A stretch of 64,000 nucleotides of DNA, taken from assembly GCA_963811215.1 (NCBI GenBank), contig CAWEQK010000002.1, forward strand, positions 117,891-181,890, written 5' to 3'. Both the position numbers and the translations under genes were made by a program. Below, in pieces: positions 18,894 through 28,881 of this stretch. The first letter of the stretch is position 1, and every line of letters starts with the position of its first letter. The notes beneath the pieces are model-generated. The model saw only the letters and a list, made by a program, of their open reading frames with translations, had not been told where the DNA came from and did not search any database. Source of the DNA: an uncultured Actinomycetota bacterium (lineage in GTDB: Bacteria; Actinomycetota; Actinomycetes; Propionibacteriales; Nocardioidaceae).

Positions 18894-20683
18894 TCAGGGC
18901 TTCTTGTGGCGCGGCTTCTTGCGGTCGAAGTCGCCGGCGGGCTTGTCGCCGCGCGGCGGGCGCGAGCCTGCGCTGCGGGGGCCGTTGTCGGCGCGCAGCT
19001 CGATCAGCTTGCCGGAGATGCGGGTGTCGGCCAGCGCCGAGAACACCTCGGGGCCCAGGTCGGCCGGCAGCTCGACGAGCGAGAAGTCGGGCCGGATCTG
19101 GATCTTGCCGAAGTCGCTGCGCGAGAGGCCGCCCTCGTTGGCGAGCGCGCCGACGATCTGGCGGGGCTCGACCTTGTGGCGCTTGCCCACGTTGATGCGG
19201 TACGTCGCCAGGTTGGTCTCGCCACCGCGGCGCGGGGCCCGCTCGGCGCGGGCCTGGCCGGAGCGCTCGTCGCGTCCGCCCGGCGCGGAGCGGCGCTCCT
19301 CGCGCTGGACGCGCGCCCGGTCGGCCTCGGGGTCGATCAGCAGCGGCGTCTCGCCCTGCGAGAGCACCGCGAGGGCAGCGGCCACGTCGACCTCGGGCAC
19401 GTCGTGCTCACGCACGTAGTGGGCCACGATGTCGCGGAAGCGGTCGATGCGCGCGGTGTTGGCCAGCGCCTCGGTGATCTGCGTCGTCGAAGCGCGCCAG
19501 GCGGGTGGTGTTGACGTCCTCGGCGCGTGGGCAGCTGCATCTGGGTCAGCGGCTGCTTGGTGGCCTTCTCGATGTGCTTGAGCAGGTAGCGCTCGCGCGG
19601 GGTGATGAACGAGATCGCGTCACCGGTGCGCCCGGCCCGTCCGGTGCGGCCGATGCGGTGCACGTAGGACTCGGTGTCGGTGGGGATGTCGTAGTTGACG
19701 ACGTGGCTGATCCGCTCGACGTCGAGGCCGCGGGCGGCGACGTCGGTGGCGACCAGGATGTCGAGCTTGCCGGCCTTGAGCTGGTTGACGGTGCGCTCGC
19801 GCTGGGCCTGGGCGACGTCGCCGTTGATGGCGGCCGCCGAGTAGCCGCGCGCCCGCAGCTTCTCGGCCAGGGTCTCGGTCTCGTTCTTGGTGCGGACGAA
19901 GACGATCATCCCCTCGAAGTTCTCGACCTCGAGGATGCGGGTCAGCGCGTCGACCTTCTGCGGGTAGGAGACCGTCAGGTAGCGCTGGGTGATGTTGGCC
20001 GCGGTCGTCGCGCTGCGCTTGACGGTGATCTCGGCCGGGTTGCGCAGGTACTGCTTGGAGAGCCGGCGGATCTGCGCGGGCATGGTGGCCGAGAACAGCG
20101 CCACCTGCTTCTCGTCGGGGGTGTCGGCCAGGATCGTCTCGACGTCCTCGGCGAAGCCCATGTTGAGCATCTCGTCGGCCTCGTCGAGCACCAGGAACGC
20201 GCAGCTCGCGACAGGTCGAGCGTGCCCTTCTCGAGGTGGTCCATGATCCGGCCGGGGGTGCCGACGACCACGTGCACGCCGCGGCGCAGCGCCGAGAGCT
20301 GCACGCCGTACGCCTGGCCGCCGTAGACCGGCAGCACGTGCACGCCGCGCATGTGGCGCGGCGTACTTCTCGAAGGCCTCGCAGACCTGCAGCGCGAGCT
20401 CGCGGGTGGGGGCGAGCACGAGCGCCTGCGGGCTCTTCTGCGAGACGTCGAGGTTGGAGAGGATCGGCAGCGCGAACGCGGCGGTCTTGCCGGTGCCGGT
20501 CTGCGCGAGGCCGACGACGTCGCGGCCCTCGAGGAGGGTCGGGATGGTGGCGGCCTGGATGGCCGACGGGGTCTCGTAGCCCACGTCGGACAGCGCCTTG
20601 AGCACCGGCTCGGACAGACCGAGGTCGACGAAGGTCGGCACCTGCTCGTCGACGGTCGTGGGGTCGGTGTCAGGGGAAGTCAC
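18894..20683 (-). CDS. deaD: DEAD-box RNA helicase DeaD/CsdA with DbpA-type RNA-binding domain; about 4 frameshifts
   Basis: Q motif, [44 protein letters not shown]-terminal YRINVG...IVGALANE. -10 TACCTT 6 nt before GTG 20683 (alternative ATG 20689). Confidence 0.9.
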
Positions 20684-20762
20684 TGCCATAAGGTAGTGGG
20701 TCGCGGCCGTCGGCCTCGATTCCTGCGCGCGGTGGCCTGGATCACCCCCGTCGCTCGCCGGG

Positions 20763-22615
20763 TCACTCGACCGTCACGGACTTGGCCAGGTTGCGCGGCT
20801 TGTCGGCGTCGAGGCCCAGGTGCTTGCGCGGCGTGGTAGGCCAGCACCTGCAGCGGGATGGTCAGCAGGATGGGTCGAGCTCGCGCTCGTTGCGGGGCAC
20901 GTCGATGCGGTGGGTGCCGGCGCCGAGCGCGAGAGGTCGCCGAGGTCGACGCCCTCGTGGGTGACGACCACCAGCGGGCCGCCGTCGCGCGGCGATCTCG
21001 TGCAGCGCCGCGACGTTGCGCTCGACCAGCTCGTCGTCGGGCACCAGCGCGACGGTCGGCACGTCCTCGCTGATCAGCGCGAGCGGGCCGTGCTTGAGCT
21101 CGGAGGTCTGGTACGCCTCGGCGTGGCGGTAGGTGATCTCCTTGAACTTCTGCGCGCCCTCGCGGGCCACCGGGAAGCCGCGCACGCGGCCGATGAAGAA
21201 GAGGCTCTCGCTGGCCGCGAGCCGCTCGCGCGACCTCCGCGAGCTCGTCGTCGCGGTCGAGGACCGACTGGATCTGCTCGGGCAGGCTGCTGCAGGCCCG
21301 CGATCAGCCGCTTGCCGTCGGCGATCGACAGGTCGCGCACCCGGCCCAGCTGCAGCGCGAGCAGCGAGAAGCCAGGAACATCGTGGTCAGCGCCTTGGTG
21401 CTGGCCACGGCCACCTCGGGACCGGCGTGCAGGTAGATGCCGCCGTCGCACTCGCGGGCGATCGCGCTGCCCACCACGTTGACCAGGCCGACGACGCGCC
21501 CGCCCTTGCGGCGGATCTCCTGCACGGCGAGCAGGGTGTCGATGGTCTCGCCCGACTGGCTGACCGCCACGTAGAGCGTGTCGGGCTCGATGACCGGGTC
21601 GCGGTAGCGGAACTCGCTGGCGGCCTCGGCGTCGGCGGGGATGCGGGCCAGCTCCTCGATCGATCGAGGCGCCCATCTGCGCCGACGTAGTAGGCCGAGC
21701 CGCAGCCCAGGATCTTGACCCGCCGGATGGCGCGCAGCTCGCGGGCGTCGAGGTTGAGCCCGCCGAGGTGGGAGGTGCCGAAGCGCTCGTCGAGCCGGCC
21801 GCGCAGCACCCGCTCGGCCGCGCGCGGCTGCTCGAGCATCTCGGCGTGCATGAACGACTCGTGCTCGCCGATCTCGTAGGCCGCCGGGTCGACGTCGACA
21901 CGCGGCGGCGTCGCGGTGGGTGCGGTGCAGCTGGGCGGTGTCGTGGCGGTAGGTGGTGAAGCCCTGCGCGGTCACCGTGGCCATCTCGCCGTCGTCGAGG
22001 TAGGCGACGGTGGTGGTGTAGCGCACCAGGGCGGCCAGGTCGCTGGCCACGTGCATCTCCTTGTCGCCGACCCCGACGATCAGCGGGCTGCCGTTGCGGG
22101 CCACCACGATCCGGTCGGGGAAGTCGGCGTGCACGACGGCCAGGCCGTAGGTGCCCTCGACGGCGCTCAGCGCGTCGGCCACCCGGCCCTCGAGGGTCTC
22201 CGCGCCCGAGCGCGCCACCAGGTGGGCGAGCACCTCGGTGTCGGTGTCGGAGGTCAGCTCGACGCCCTCGTCGGTGAGCCTCGCGCGCAGCGAGGAGGCG
22301 TTGTCGAGGATGCCGTTGTGCACCACCGCGACGCGGCCGGCGACGTCGGTGTGCGGGTGCGCGTTGTGGTCGGTGGCCGGGCCGTGGGTGGCCCAGCGGG
22401 TGTGCCCGATGCCGGCCTTGCCGCCGAAGCGGGCGGGCACGTCCTCGGCCAGGTCGCGCACCCGTCCCGAGCGCTTGGCCACCCGCAGCGCGCCGCCGGT
22501 GGCCGAGCACGGCCATCCCGGCCGAGTCGTAGCCGCGGTGCTCGAGGCGTCCGAGGCCCTCCAGCAGCAGCGGGGCTGCCTGCTGGGTGCCGATGTAGCC
22601 GACGATTCCGCACAT
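20763..22615 (-). CDS. glmS: Glutamine--fructose-6-phosphate aminotransferase (isomerizing); many frameshifts
   Basis: [47 protein letters not shown]-terminal [11 protein letters not shown] with stop at 20763. Confidence 0.92.
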
Positions 22616-22652
22616 GGTGGTGACTCCTGGGTGTGGGGAAGTGGGGGACGGC

Positions 22653-22946
22653 TCAGCCGTAGACGATCCGGCGCAGCTGGCGCTCGGAGAGGGTGGGTGG
22701 GGCCACCACGCGCTCGGCCAGCTCGGCCGCGACGCGGGTGAAGATCTCGGGGTTGCGCAGCCCGCGCGCCTGCAGCGCGGCGTGGCGGCGGCGTACGTAG
22801 TCGTCGACGCCTTCGCGGTGGAAGGCCACGACGTCGCCGACGACCCGGCGCGCCTCGGCCTCGTCGAGGCCGGTGGTGGCGACGAGGTGCTGGACCAGCG
22901 GCGCCACCGGGTCGGGGGCGCCGGCCGTTCGCCGTGGGACCGTCAC
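22653..22946 (-). CDS. Small hypothetical protein upstream of glmS
   Basis: Typical codon usage; ...[21 protein letters not shown]...[18 protein letters not shown] lies 7 nt before GTG 22946. Confidence 0.8.
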   Translation of the reverse strand: MTVPRRTAGAPDPVAPLVQHLVATTGLDEAEARRVVGDVVAFHREGVDDYVRRRHAALQARGLRNPEIFTRVAAELAERVVAPPTLSERQLRRIVYG

Positions 22947-22985
22947 CAGCGACAATCTGCTGGATCGACCGGCAATGATGCAACA

Positions 22986-23007
22986 TCCTGCCCGATTCCG
23001 GGCAGGA
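22986..23007. promoter_or_regulatory. Inverted repeat TCCTGCCCG-ATTC-CGGGCAGGA upstream of the hypothetical-glmS operon
   Basis: Perfect 9-bp arms with a 4-nt spacer. Confidence 0.6.
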
Positions 23008-23064
23008 ACCGATCTGCGCCGCCCGTTCCCTCACCTCCGGCGGATCCGGTCACGTCCGGCGTGC

Positions 23065-23095
23065 TACTTTACGTGAACAGAAGGTGAACAGGAGG
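23065..23095 (+). promoter_or_regulatory. -10 TACTTT, direct repeats GTGAACAG x2 (11-nt period; GTTCAC on the minus strand), SD AGGAGG
   Basis: GTGAAC at 23073 and 23084. The 11-nt phasing resembles OmpR-family boxes (PhoP/GlnR/MtrA). Confidence 0.6.
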
Positions 23096-23101
23096 TGTCC
23101 G

Positions 23102-23257
23102 ATGACGGACTCGCAGATGACTGGTGGCCCGACCCGGAGCTGGGTGCTGGTGACCGACGCGGACGGACGTTCGCACCTGGAGTCGCGCTGGACGACGCCC
23201 GAGACCGCCCCGGCGGCCGCTCCGGCCCCGGCCGCGCAGGCGGCCCAGGCCGCCTGA
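23102..23257 (+). CDS. Small protein, 51 aa (not in the ORF track)
   Basis: [57 protein letters not shown] 6 nt upstream; own -10 and terminator. Confidence 0.7.
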   Translation: MTDSQMTGGPTRSWVLVTDADGRSHLESRWTTPETAPAAAPAPAAQAAQAA

Positions 23258-23280
23258 GGCGTCCCGCGCCGCATCCAGCA

Positions 23281-23321
23281 CACGACGAGCCGCGCCCCCG
23301 ACCGGGGCGCGGCTCGTCGTG
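23281..23321 (+). terminator. Strong intrinsic hairpin with an 18-bp stem
   Basis: CACGACGAGCCGCGCCCC-CGACC-GGGGCGCGGCTCGTCGTG. Confidence 0.8.
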
Positions 23322-23415
23322 CGTGCGCAAGATGTCCACCGACCCGGGAATGGATCGACGACGTTCGCGCCTTGAGGTAGTTGAAGATTCACTCACCAAG
23401 CCTCAGGAGACCACC

Positions 23416-24046
23416 ATGGCCATCTTCCGCAAGAACACCCCCACCAGCACCGAGACCTCCACCGCCACCACCTCGCCGGCTGCCGGCTTCGACGCCCCCA
23501 CCAGCGTCCTCGAGGACATCTCGGGCGACTACACGATCGACGCCAGCCACAGCCGCCTGGGCTTCAGCGCCCGGCACGCGATGGTCACCACCGTGCGCGG
23601 GCACTTCAGCCGACTGGTCGGGCACCGCCCACGTCGACACCGCCGAACCCGGCCGCCTCCTGGGTCCGCCTCACCATCACGGCCGCCTCCATCGACACGG
23701 GCAGCGCCGACCGCGACGGACACCTCGTCTCGGCCGACTTCTTCGACGCCGAGACCACCCCGAGATCACCTTCGTCTCCACCGCCGTGGCCCGCGACGGC
23801 GCCGACTGGACCATCACCGGCGACCTGACCATCAAGGGCACCGCCCGCCCGGTCACCATCGAGTTCGAGCCCACCGGCTCGGCCCAGGACCCGTTCGGCA
23901 ACGTGCGCATCGGCTTCGAGGGCGGCACCGCCATCAACCGCAAGGACTGGGGCCTGACCTGGAACGCCGCGCTCGAGACCGGTGGCGTGCTCGTCTCCGA
24001 GAAGATCAAGCTCGACTTCGACGTCTCCGCGATCCGCCACGCCTGA
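23416..24046 (+). CDS. YceI family (polyisoprenoid-binding) protein; frameshifts near 23610-23760
   Basis: YTIDASHSRLGFSARHAMVTTVRGHF, RDGHLVSADFFDA, GDLTIKG, INRKDWGLTWNAALETGGVLVSEKI. SD AGGAG. Confidence 0.9.
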
Positions 24047-24125
24047 GCCGTGCCCGGCCGGCCGACCGGCCGGCCGACACGCACAACCAGGTGCCGGGGC
24101 GGCGGAGCGGGGGCATCATCAGCAG

Positions 24126-25043
24126 GTGAGCACCCGCACCGCCGCCCCGGTCCTGCCTCCGGGCCTGCGCACCCGGCCCCTCGTCCTCGACGACGCCGAA
24201 GCCGTCACGGCGCTGGTGCGGGCCGAGGAGGTCGTCGACCTCGGCTCTCCCGAGGTCGACGTCGAGGACATCCGTTCGGAGTGGCTGCGGCCCAGCTACG
24301 ACATCACCGCCAGCACCATCGGGGTCGAGGAGCCCGGCGGCCGCCTGGTCGGGTACGTCGACCACGCGGGCCACGACGTCGCCTACGCCGCGGTCGACCC
24401 GGCCCACCAGGGCCGTGGCATCGGCACCTGGCTCGCGCACTGGGTGCAGCAGCGGGCCCGCGAGCGCGGCGCCACCCGCGTCGGCGGCCAGGTGCCGCAG
24501 GGCAGCGCTGCGGACCGGCTGATGGCCGACCTCGGCTACCGGGAGCGCTGGACGGCCTGGGACCTCGAGCTGCCCGACGACGTCTCGATGCCCGCCGCTC
24601 CGCTGCCGGCCGGACACACGCTGCGCGACGCCACCCCCGACGACCACGAGACGGCCTGGACGCTGCTCGAGGACTGCTTCCTGGAGTGGGCGGAGCGGCC
24701 CCGCCAGCCGCTGGCCGACTTCGGGGCCCGGATCTGGGGCCGGGAGGGCCACCAGCCCTGGAACCTGCGCCTGGTCCACGACGCCACGGGCGAGCTCGTC
24801 GGCGCCACCCACGTGCACCTGTCGGGTGCGGGCGGCTACGTCGCCAAGGTCGGCGTACGCCGCGAGCGGCGGGGGCAGGGCCTGGCCGCGGCCATGCTGG
24901 TCGACGCCTTCGCGCTGGCCCGTCGCCACGGCGCGACCCGCTGCTACCTCTCCACCGACTCGCGCACCGGCGCGCTGGGGCTCTACGAGCACGTCGGCAT
25001 GGTGGTCTCGTCGACCTGGGTGAACCGCGCCATCGACCTCTGA
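24126..25043 (+). CDS. Tandem GNAT N-acetyltransferase
   Basis: Two acetyl-CoA-binding motifs, VDPAHQGRGIG and VRRERRGQGLA; TGALGLYEHVGM. Confidence 0.88.
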   Translation: MSTRTAAPVLPPGLRTRPLVLDDAEAVTALVRAEEVVDLGSPEVDVEDIRSEWLRPSYDITASTIGVEEPGGRLVGYVDHAGHDVAYAAVDPAHQGRGIGTWLAHWVQQRARERGATRVGGQVPQGSAADRLMADLGYRERWTAWDLELPDDVSMPAAPLPAGHTLRDATPDDHETAWTLLEDCFLEWAERPRQPLADFGARIWGREGHQPWNLRLVHDATGELVGATHVHLSGAGGYVAKVGVRRERRGQGLAAAMLVDAFALARRHGATRCYLSTDSRTGALGLYEHVGMVVSSTWVNRAIDL

Positions 25044-25077
25044 GCTGCGCCCGCCCGGGGTCTGGGACGCTGTCTCG

Positions 25078-26316
25078 GTGAGCAGCCCGGCGAGCACCAC
25101 CGGCCCCGACCTGCGCGGGGCCGGTCTCCAACGCTCGCTGGTGGCGCTGATCCAGGTGCTCGGGCTGGCGGTGTGGTTCTCGGCCACCGCGATCGCGCCG
25201 ACGCTGCGCGGCGAGTGGGGCCTCGGCGACACCTCGGTGGTGTGGCTGACCGGGGCGGTGCAGATCGGCTTCGTGGTCGGCGCGCTGACCTCGAGCGTGC
25301 TCAACCTGCCTGACCGGATGCCGCCGCAGCGGCTGGTGGCGCTGTGCGCCTTCGGCGCGGCGGCCTCGACCGCCCTGCTGGCCGCGGCCGCCGACGGGCT
25401 GTGGCTCGCGCTGCCGCTGCGCTTGCTGACCGGGGCGTTCCTGGCCGGGGTCTACCCGGTCGGGATGAAGCTGATGGCGTCGTGGTCGCTGCCGGTCGAC
25501 CGTGGCCGTGCCTTCGGCGTGCTGGTCGGTGCACTGACCCTCGGCTCGGCGCTGCCGCACCTGATCAGCGCGTCGGGGCCGCTGCCGTGGCGAGCGGTGA
25601 TGCTGACCGCCTCGGCGTCCACGCTCGCCGCGGGCATCGTGGCGCTCACGGTGCTGCGCCCCGGGCCGCTGCTGGCGCCCGGGCAGCGTCCGCGGGCCCG
25701 GCACGCCCTCGCCGGGCTGCGCACCCGGGCCCCGCTGCTGGCCAACCTGGGCTACTTCGGGCACATGTGGGAGCTCTACGCCCTCTGGACCTGGCTGCCC
25801 GCCTTCCTGGTGCACCAGCCCGCCTGGGCGCTCTCGGGCGCCGGAGTGAGCGCCCTGACCTTCCTGACCGTCGGGGTCGCCGGGCTGGTGGGCGCGCTGC
25901 TGGGCGGGTGGGGCGCCGACCGGTACGGCCGCTCCCCCGCCGCCGTGGCCGCCATGGCCACCAGTGCGACCTGCTGCCTGCTGGCCCCGCTGCTGTGGTC
26001 CAGCGGGCCGGCGCTGCTGGTGGTCTTCCTGCTGGTGTGGGGCGCGTCGGTGATCGCCGACTCGGGCGTCTTCTCCACGGCGCTGAGCGAGAGCACCGAC
26101 CAGCGCTACGTCGGCACCGCGCTGAGCGTGCAGACCGCGATCGGCTTCACGCTCTCGGTGGTGACGATCCAGCTGCTGCCGCTGCTGGCCGACGAGGTCG
26201 GGTGGCGCTGGGCGTTCTGGCTGCTGGCCCCCGGCCCCGCGCTGGGCGCGTTGGCGATGCTGCGGCTGGGCCGGCTCACCGGGCAGGACCGGGTCACGGC
26301 ACCTCGACGGTGGTGA
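25078..26316 (+). CDS. MFS transporter
   Basis: About 12 hydrophobic segments; GVYPVGMK, GYFGHMWELYA, GWGADRYGR, ADSGVFS. Confidence 0.9.
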   Translation: MSSPASTTGPDLRGAGLQRSLVALIQVLGLAVWFSATAIAPTLRGEWGLGDTSVVWLTGAVQIGFVVGALTSSVLNLPDRMPPQRLVALCAFGAAASTALLAAAADGLWLALPLRLLTGAFLAGVYPVGMKLMASWSLPVDRGRAFGVLVGALTLGSALPHLISASGPLPWRAVMLTASASTLAAGIVALTVLRPGPLLAPGQRPRARHALAGLRTRAPLLANLGYFGHMWELYALWTWLPAFLVHQPAWALSGAGVSALTFLTVGVAGLVGALLGGWGADRYGRSPAAVAAMATSATCCLLAPLLWSSGPALLVVFLLVWGASVIADSGVFSTALSESTDQRYVGTALSVQTAIGFTLSVVTIQLLPLLADEVGWRWAFWLLAPGPALGALAMLRLGRLTGQDRVTAPRRW

Positions 26317-26917
26317 CCACCGAGGTCACCGACGCACGACGCGGGGTCGAGGAGAAGCCGAAGTCGGGCGGCGGGTGCACGTCGGCGAGGGCCCCGAGGT
26401 CGCGGCCCTCGAGGCGCCCGACGAGCGAGGTGACGGCGTGGTGGTCGGTGGCGCCGTACCACTCACGTCGCCCGTGGCCGGCCGAGCCGCGGGTGCGCAC
26501 CCCCCGCACGACCACCCGGGCGAGCGGGTCGACGGCCGCGCAGAAGGCCGGTGCCGTCGCGACCGCGTCGGGCACCAGCCCCAGCAGCCGACCCAGCGGC
26601 GTGCGCGCCCCGACCGCCAGGTCGAGGTCGAGCGAGCTCGAGCGCACCGACCACGCACCCGGCGGCCCGGTCGTCTCGAACGCCTCGACCCGCACCTCGT
26701 CGAAGGTGTAGGTCGAGGCGATGAAGTCGGCGACCCGCTCGGTCGGGGCCAGCAGGAGCCGGTGGCCCGAGGGCAGTGCCACCATCGCGTCGGAGAACGC
26801 GCCCCAGGGGGTGCGGTCCCAGCGCCCGACCACCACCCGCACGCCCGAGGCCGAGCCGACGCCGGCGATCCGGCCGTGGAAGCGCTGGCGCTGGGCCACC
26901 GGGGCCGCCGGGGTCAC
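26294..26917 (-). CDS. Hypothetical protein (actinobacterial type)
   Basis: GTGA-coupled to the acyl-CoA dehydrogenase; RFHGRIAGVGSASGVRVVVGRW...FIASTYTFDEV...REWYGATD...PDFGFSSTP. Confidence 0.75.
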   Translation of the reverse strand: MTPAAPVAQRQRFHGRIAGVGSASGVRVVVGRWDRTPWGAFSDAMVALPSGHRLLLAPTERVADFIASTYTFDEVRVEAFETTGPPGAWSVRSSSLDLDLAVGARTPLGRLLGLVPDAVATAPAFCAAVDPLARVVVRGVRTRGSAGHGRREWYGATDHHAVTSLVGRLEGRDLGALADVHPPPDFGFSSTPRRASVTSVVTTVEVP

Positions 26918-28140
26918 CGGATCGTCGCGCCCGAGATCGCCCGGGCGATGACCAGGCGCTGGATCTCGGAGGTGCCCTCGAAGATCGTGTAGATCTTGGC
27001 GTCGCGCGCCATCCGCTCCACGGGGTACTCGCGGGTGAAGCCGTTGCCGCCGAGGATCTGCATGGCCTGACCGGTCACCGCCACCGCGGTCTCCCCGGCC
27101 ACCAGCTTCGACATCGACCCCTCGGCCGCGTCGAAGGGGCGGCGGGAGGCCGCCATCCACGCGGCGCGCCACACCAGCAGCCGAGCGGCGTCGATGCGCG
27201 AGCGCATGTCGGCGAGGGCGAAGGCGATGGCCTGGTTCTCGATGATCGGGCGGCCGAACTGCTCGCGGGTGCGCGCGTAGTCGAGCGCCACCTCGTAGGC
27301 CGCCCGGGCGATCCCCACGGCCTGCGCCCCGACAGCGGGCCGGGTGCGCTCGAAGGTGGCCATGCTGGCGTTGCCCTGCTCGGCGCGGGAGCCGTCGCGG
27401 GCGCGGCCCAGCCGCTCCTCGAGACGGTCCTTGCCACCGAGCAGGCAGCGCCCCGGCACCCGCACCGCGTCGAGCACGACCTCGGCGGTGTGGGAGGCGC
27501 GGATGCCGTGCTTGGCGAACTTCTGGCCCTGGCTCAGGCCCTTGGTGCCAGGCGGCACCACGAAGCTGGCCTGACCGCGGGCCCGGAGCTCGGGGTCGAC
27601 CACGGCGGTGACGACGTGCACGTCGGCGAGGCCACCGTTGGTGGCCCAGGTCTTGGTGCCGGTCAGCACCCACTCGTCGCTCGCCTCGTCGTACGTCGCT
27701 CGGGTGCGCATCGCGCCGACGTCGCTGCCGGCGTCGGGCTCGGAGGAGCAGAACGCGGCCAGCCGCAGGTCGCCCGGCTCCCCGAACATCTGCGGCACCC
27801 ACTCGACCACCTGCTCGTCGGTGCCTCCCGCGCGCACCCCGGCCGCGGCCAGGGCGGTGCCGACGATCGAGAGCCCGATCCCGGCGTCGCCCCAGAAGAT
27901 CTCCTCCATCGCCACCGGGATGCCCAGGCCCGAGCGGTCCATCGACTGGGTGGCGAAGAAGTCCACCGAGTAGAGCCCGATGCGAGCCGCCTCCTCGAGC
28001 ACCGGCCAGGGGAACTCCTCGCGCTCGTCCCACTCGTGGGCCGCGGGGCGGATCACCTCGGCGGCGAAGTCGTGCAACCACGAACGCAGCTCGAGGTGGT
28101 CGGGGCCGAGGTCGAAGTAGGGGGTCGCTGCGTCGCTCAC
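26914..28140 (-). CDS. Acyl-CoA dehydrogenase
   Basis: FCSSEPDAGSD, GTKTWATNG, GIRASHTAEV, REQFGRPI, QILGGNG, IFEGTSEIQR. Confidence 0.95.
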   Translation of the reverse strand: MSDAATPYFDLGPDHLELRSWLHDFAAEVIRPAAHEWDEREEFPWPVLEEAARIGLYSVDFFATQSMDRSGLGIPVAMEEIFWGDAGIGLSIVGTALAAAGVRAGGTDEQVVEWVPQMFGEPGDLRLAAFCSSEPDAGSDVGAMRTRATYDEASDEWVLTGTKTWATNGGLADVHVVTAVVDPELRARGQASFVVPPGTKGLSQGQKFAKHGIRASHTAEVVLDAVRVPGRCLLGGKDRLEERLGRARDGSRAEQGNASMATFERTRPAVGAQAVGIARAAYEVALDYARTREQFGRPIIENQAIAFALADMRSRIDAARLLVWRAAWMAASRRPFDAAEGSMSKLVAGETAVAVTGQAMQILGGNGFTREYPVERMARDAKIYTIFEGTSEIQRLVIARAISGATIR

Positions 28141-28165
28141 GAGCCGACCGTAGGCCCCCGGGGGC

Positions 28166-28783
28166 CTAGTTGTGGCCCAACCGGTCGAAGGCGCGGGTGG
28201 CGGCGTCGACGATGTCGTCGGGCTCGGCGTCGATCGAGCCCTCGAGCCACGCCGAGACCAGCTTCTCCACTCCCCCGATGAACATCAGCCCGGCGAGCTC
28301 GCCGTCGCGGCCCTGCAGCGCGTCGGTGCCGTAGAGCGCGGCGGCCTCGGAGGCGGCGTACGCGCCGAAGCCGCGCAGCATCGCGCTGCGCGGGGCGCTG
28401 AGGGTCGGGCGGGCGGCACCGCGCAGGATCGCCACCCGGCCCTTGCGCGGGTCGTCGGTGATGACGTGCACGAAGGCGGCGACGGCGGCGCGCACCCGCT
28501 CGGCCGGGCCGCCCTCGGTGCCGCTGATGGCCTCGTCGACCACGGTGCGGATCTCGTCGGTGATCTCGGCGAGCACCGCCAGCAGCGCCTCGTCGAGGTG
28601 GGCGAACTGCTCGTAGAAGTAGCGCTCGGTCAGGCCGGCCTCGTGGCAGATGCGGGTCATCGTCACCGGGGGTCCGTCGACGCGCGCCCAGACCTCGAGC
28701 GTGGCGGCCACGAGCCGCTCGCGGCGCGCTGCCACCCGTTCCTGGGCGCTCTGCCCGCGGTAGCGACCCGCCTTGACGGCCAT
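28166..28783 (-). CDS. TetR/AcrR family regulator
   Basis: YRGQSAQERVAARRERL...TMTRICHEAGLTERYFYEQF. Confidence 0.9.
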   Translation of the reverse strand: MAVKAGRYRGQSAQERVAARRERLVAATLEVWARVDGPPVTMTRICHEAGLTERYFYEQFAHLDEALLAVLAEITDEIRTVVDEAISGTEGGPAERVRAAVAAFVHVITDDPRKGRVAILRGAARPTLSAPRSAMLRGFGAYAASEAAALYGTDALQGRDGELAGLMFIGGVEKLVSAWLEGSIDAEPDDIVDAATRAFDRLGHN

Positions 28784-28846
28784 GGGGGCATGGTGCCACG
28801 AGCCGCGGGCCGCCCTCGTCACCCGCCCGGCTGTCCGGACCAGACA

Positions 28847-28881
28847 TTGACAGGATGTCCTGCCTGAATCAGGATCGGCGG
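28847..28881 (+). promoter_or_regulatory. Sigma-A promoter TTGACA-N17-CAGGAT with embedded palindrome CAGGA-TG-TCCTG (TetR operator candidate)
   Basis: Perfect -35 at 28847-28852, -10 at 28870-28875, GTG start 6 nt downstream. Confidence 0.7.

Noticed and set aside
19400-22600. Programmed frameshifting or phase variation in deaD and glmS
   Set aside because: There are too many shifts per gene, no slippery heptamers or long homopolymers, and neighbouring unrelated genes are equally affected.
22616-23060. glmS ribozyme upstream of glmS
   Set aside because: The space is occupied by a protein-coding gene and I saw no ribozyme core sequence.
23346-23395. SigH/SigR promoter (GGAAT-N18-GTT) before yceI
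   Set aside because: GGAAT is present but GTT falls at the wrong spacing. A weak TTGAA-GA-TTCAC near-palindrome might be a MarR-type site but is too degenerate to call.
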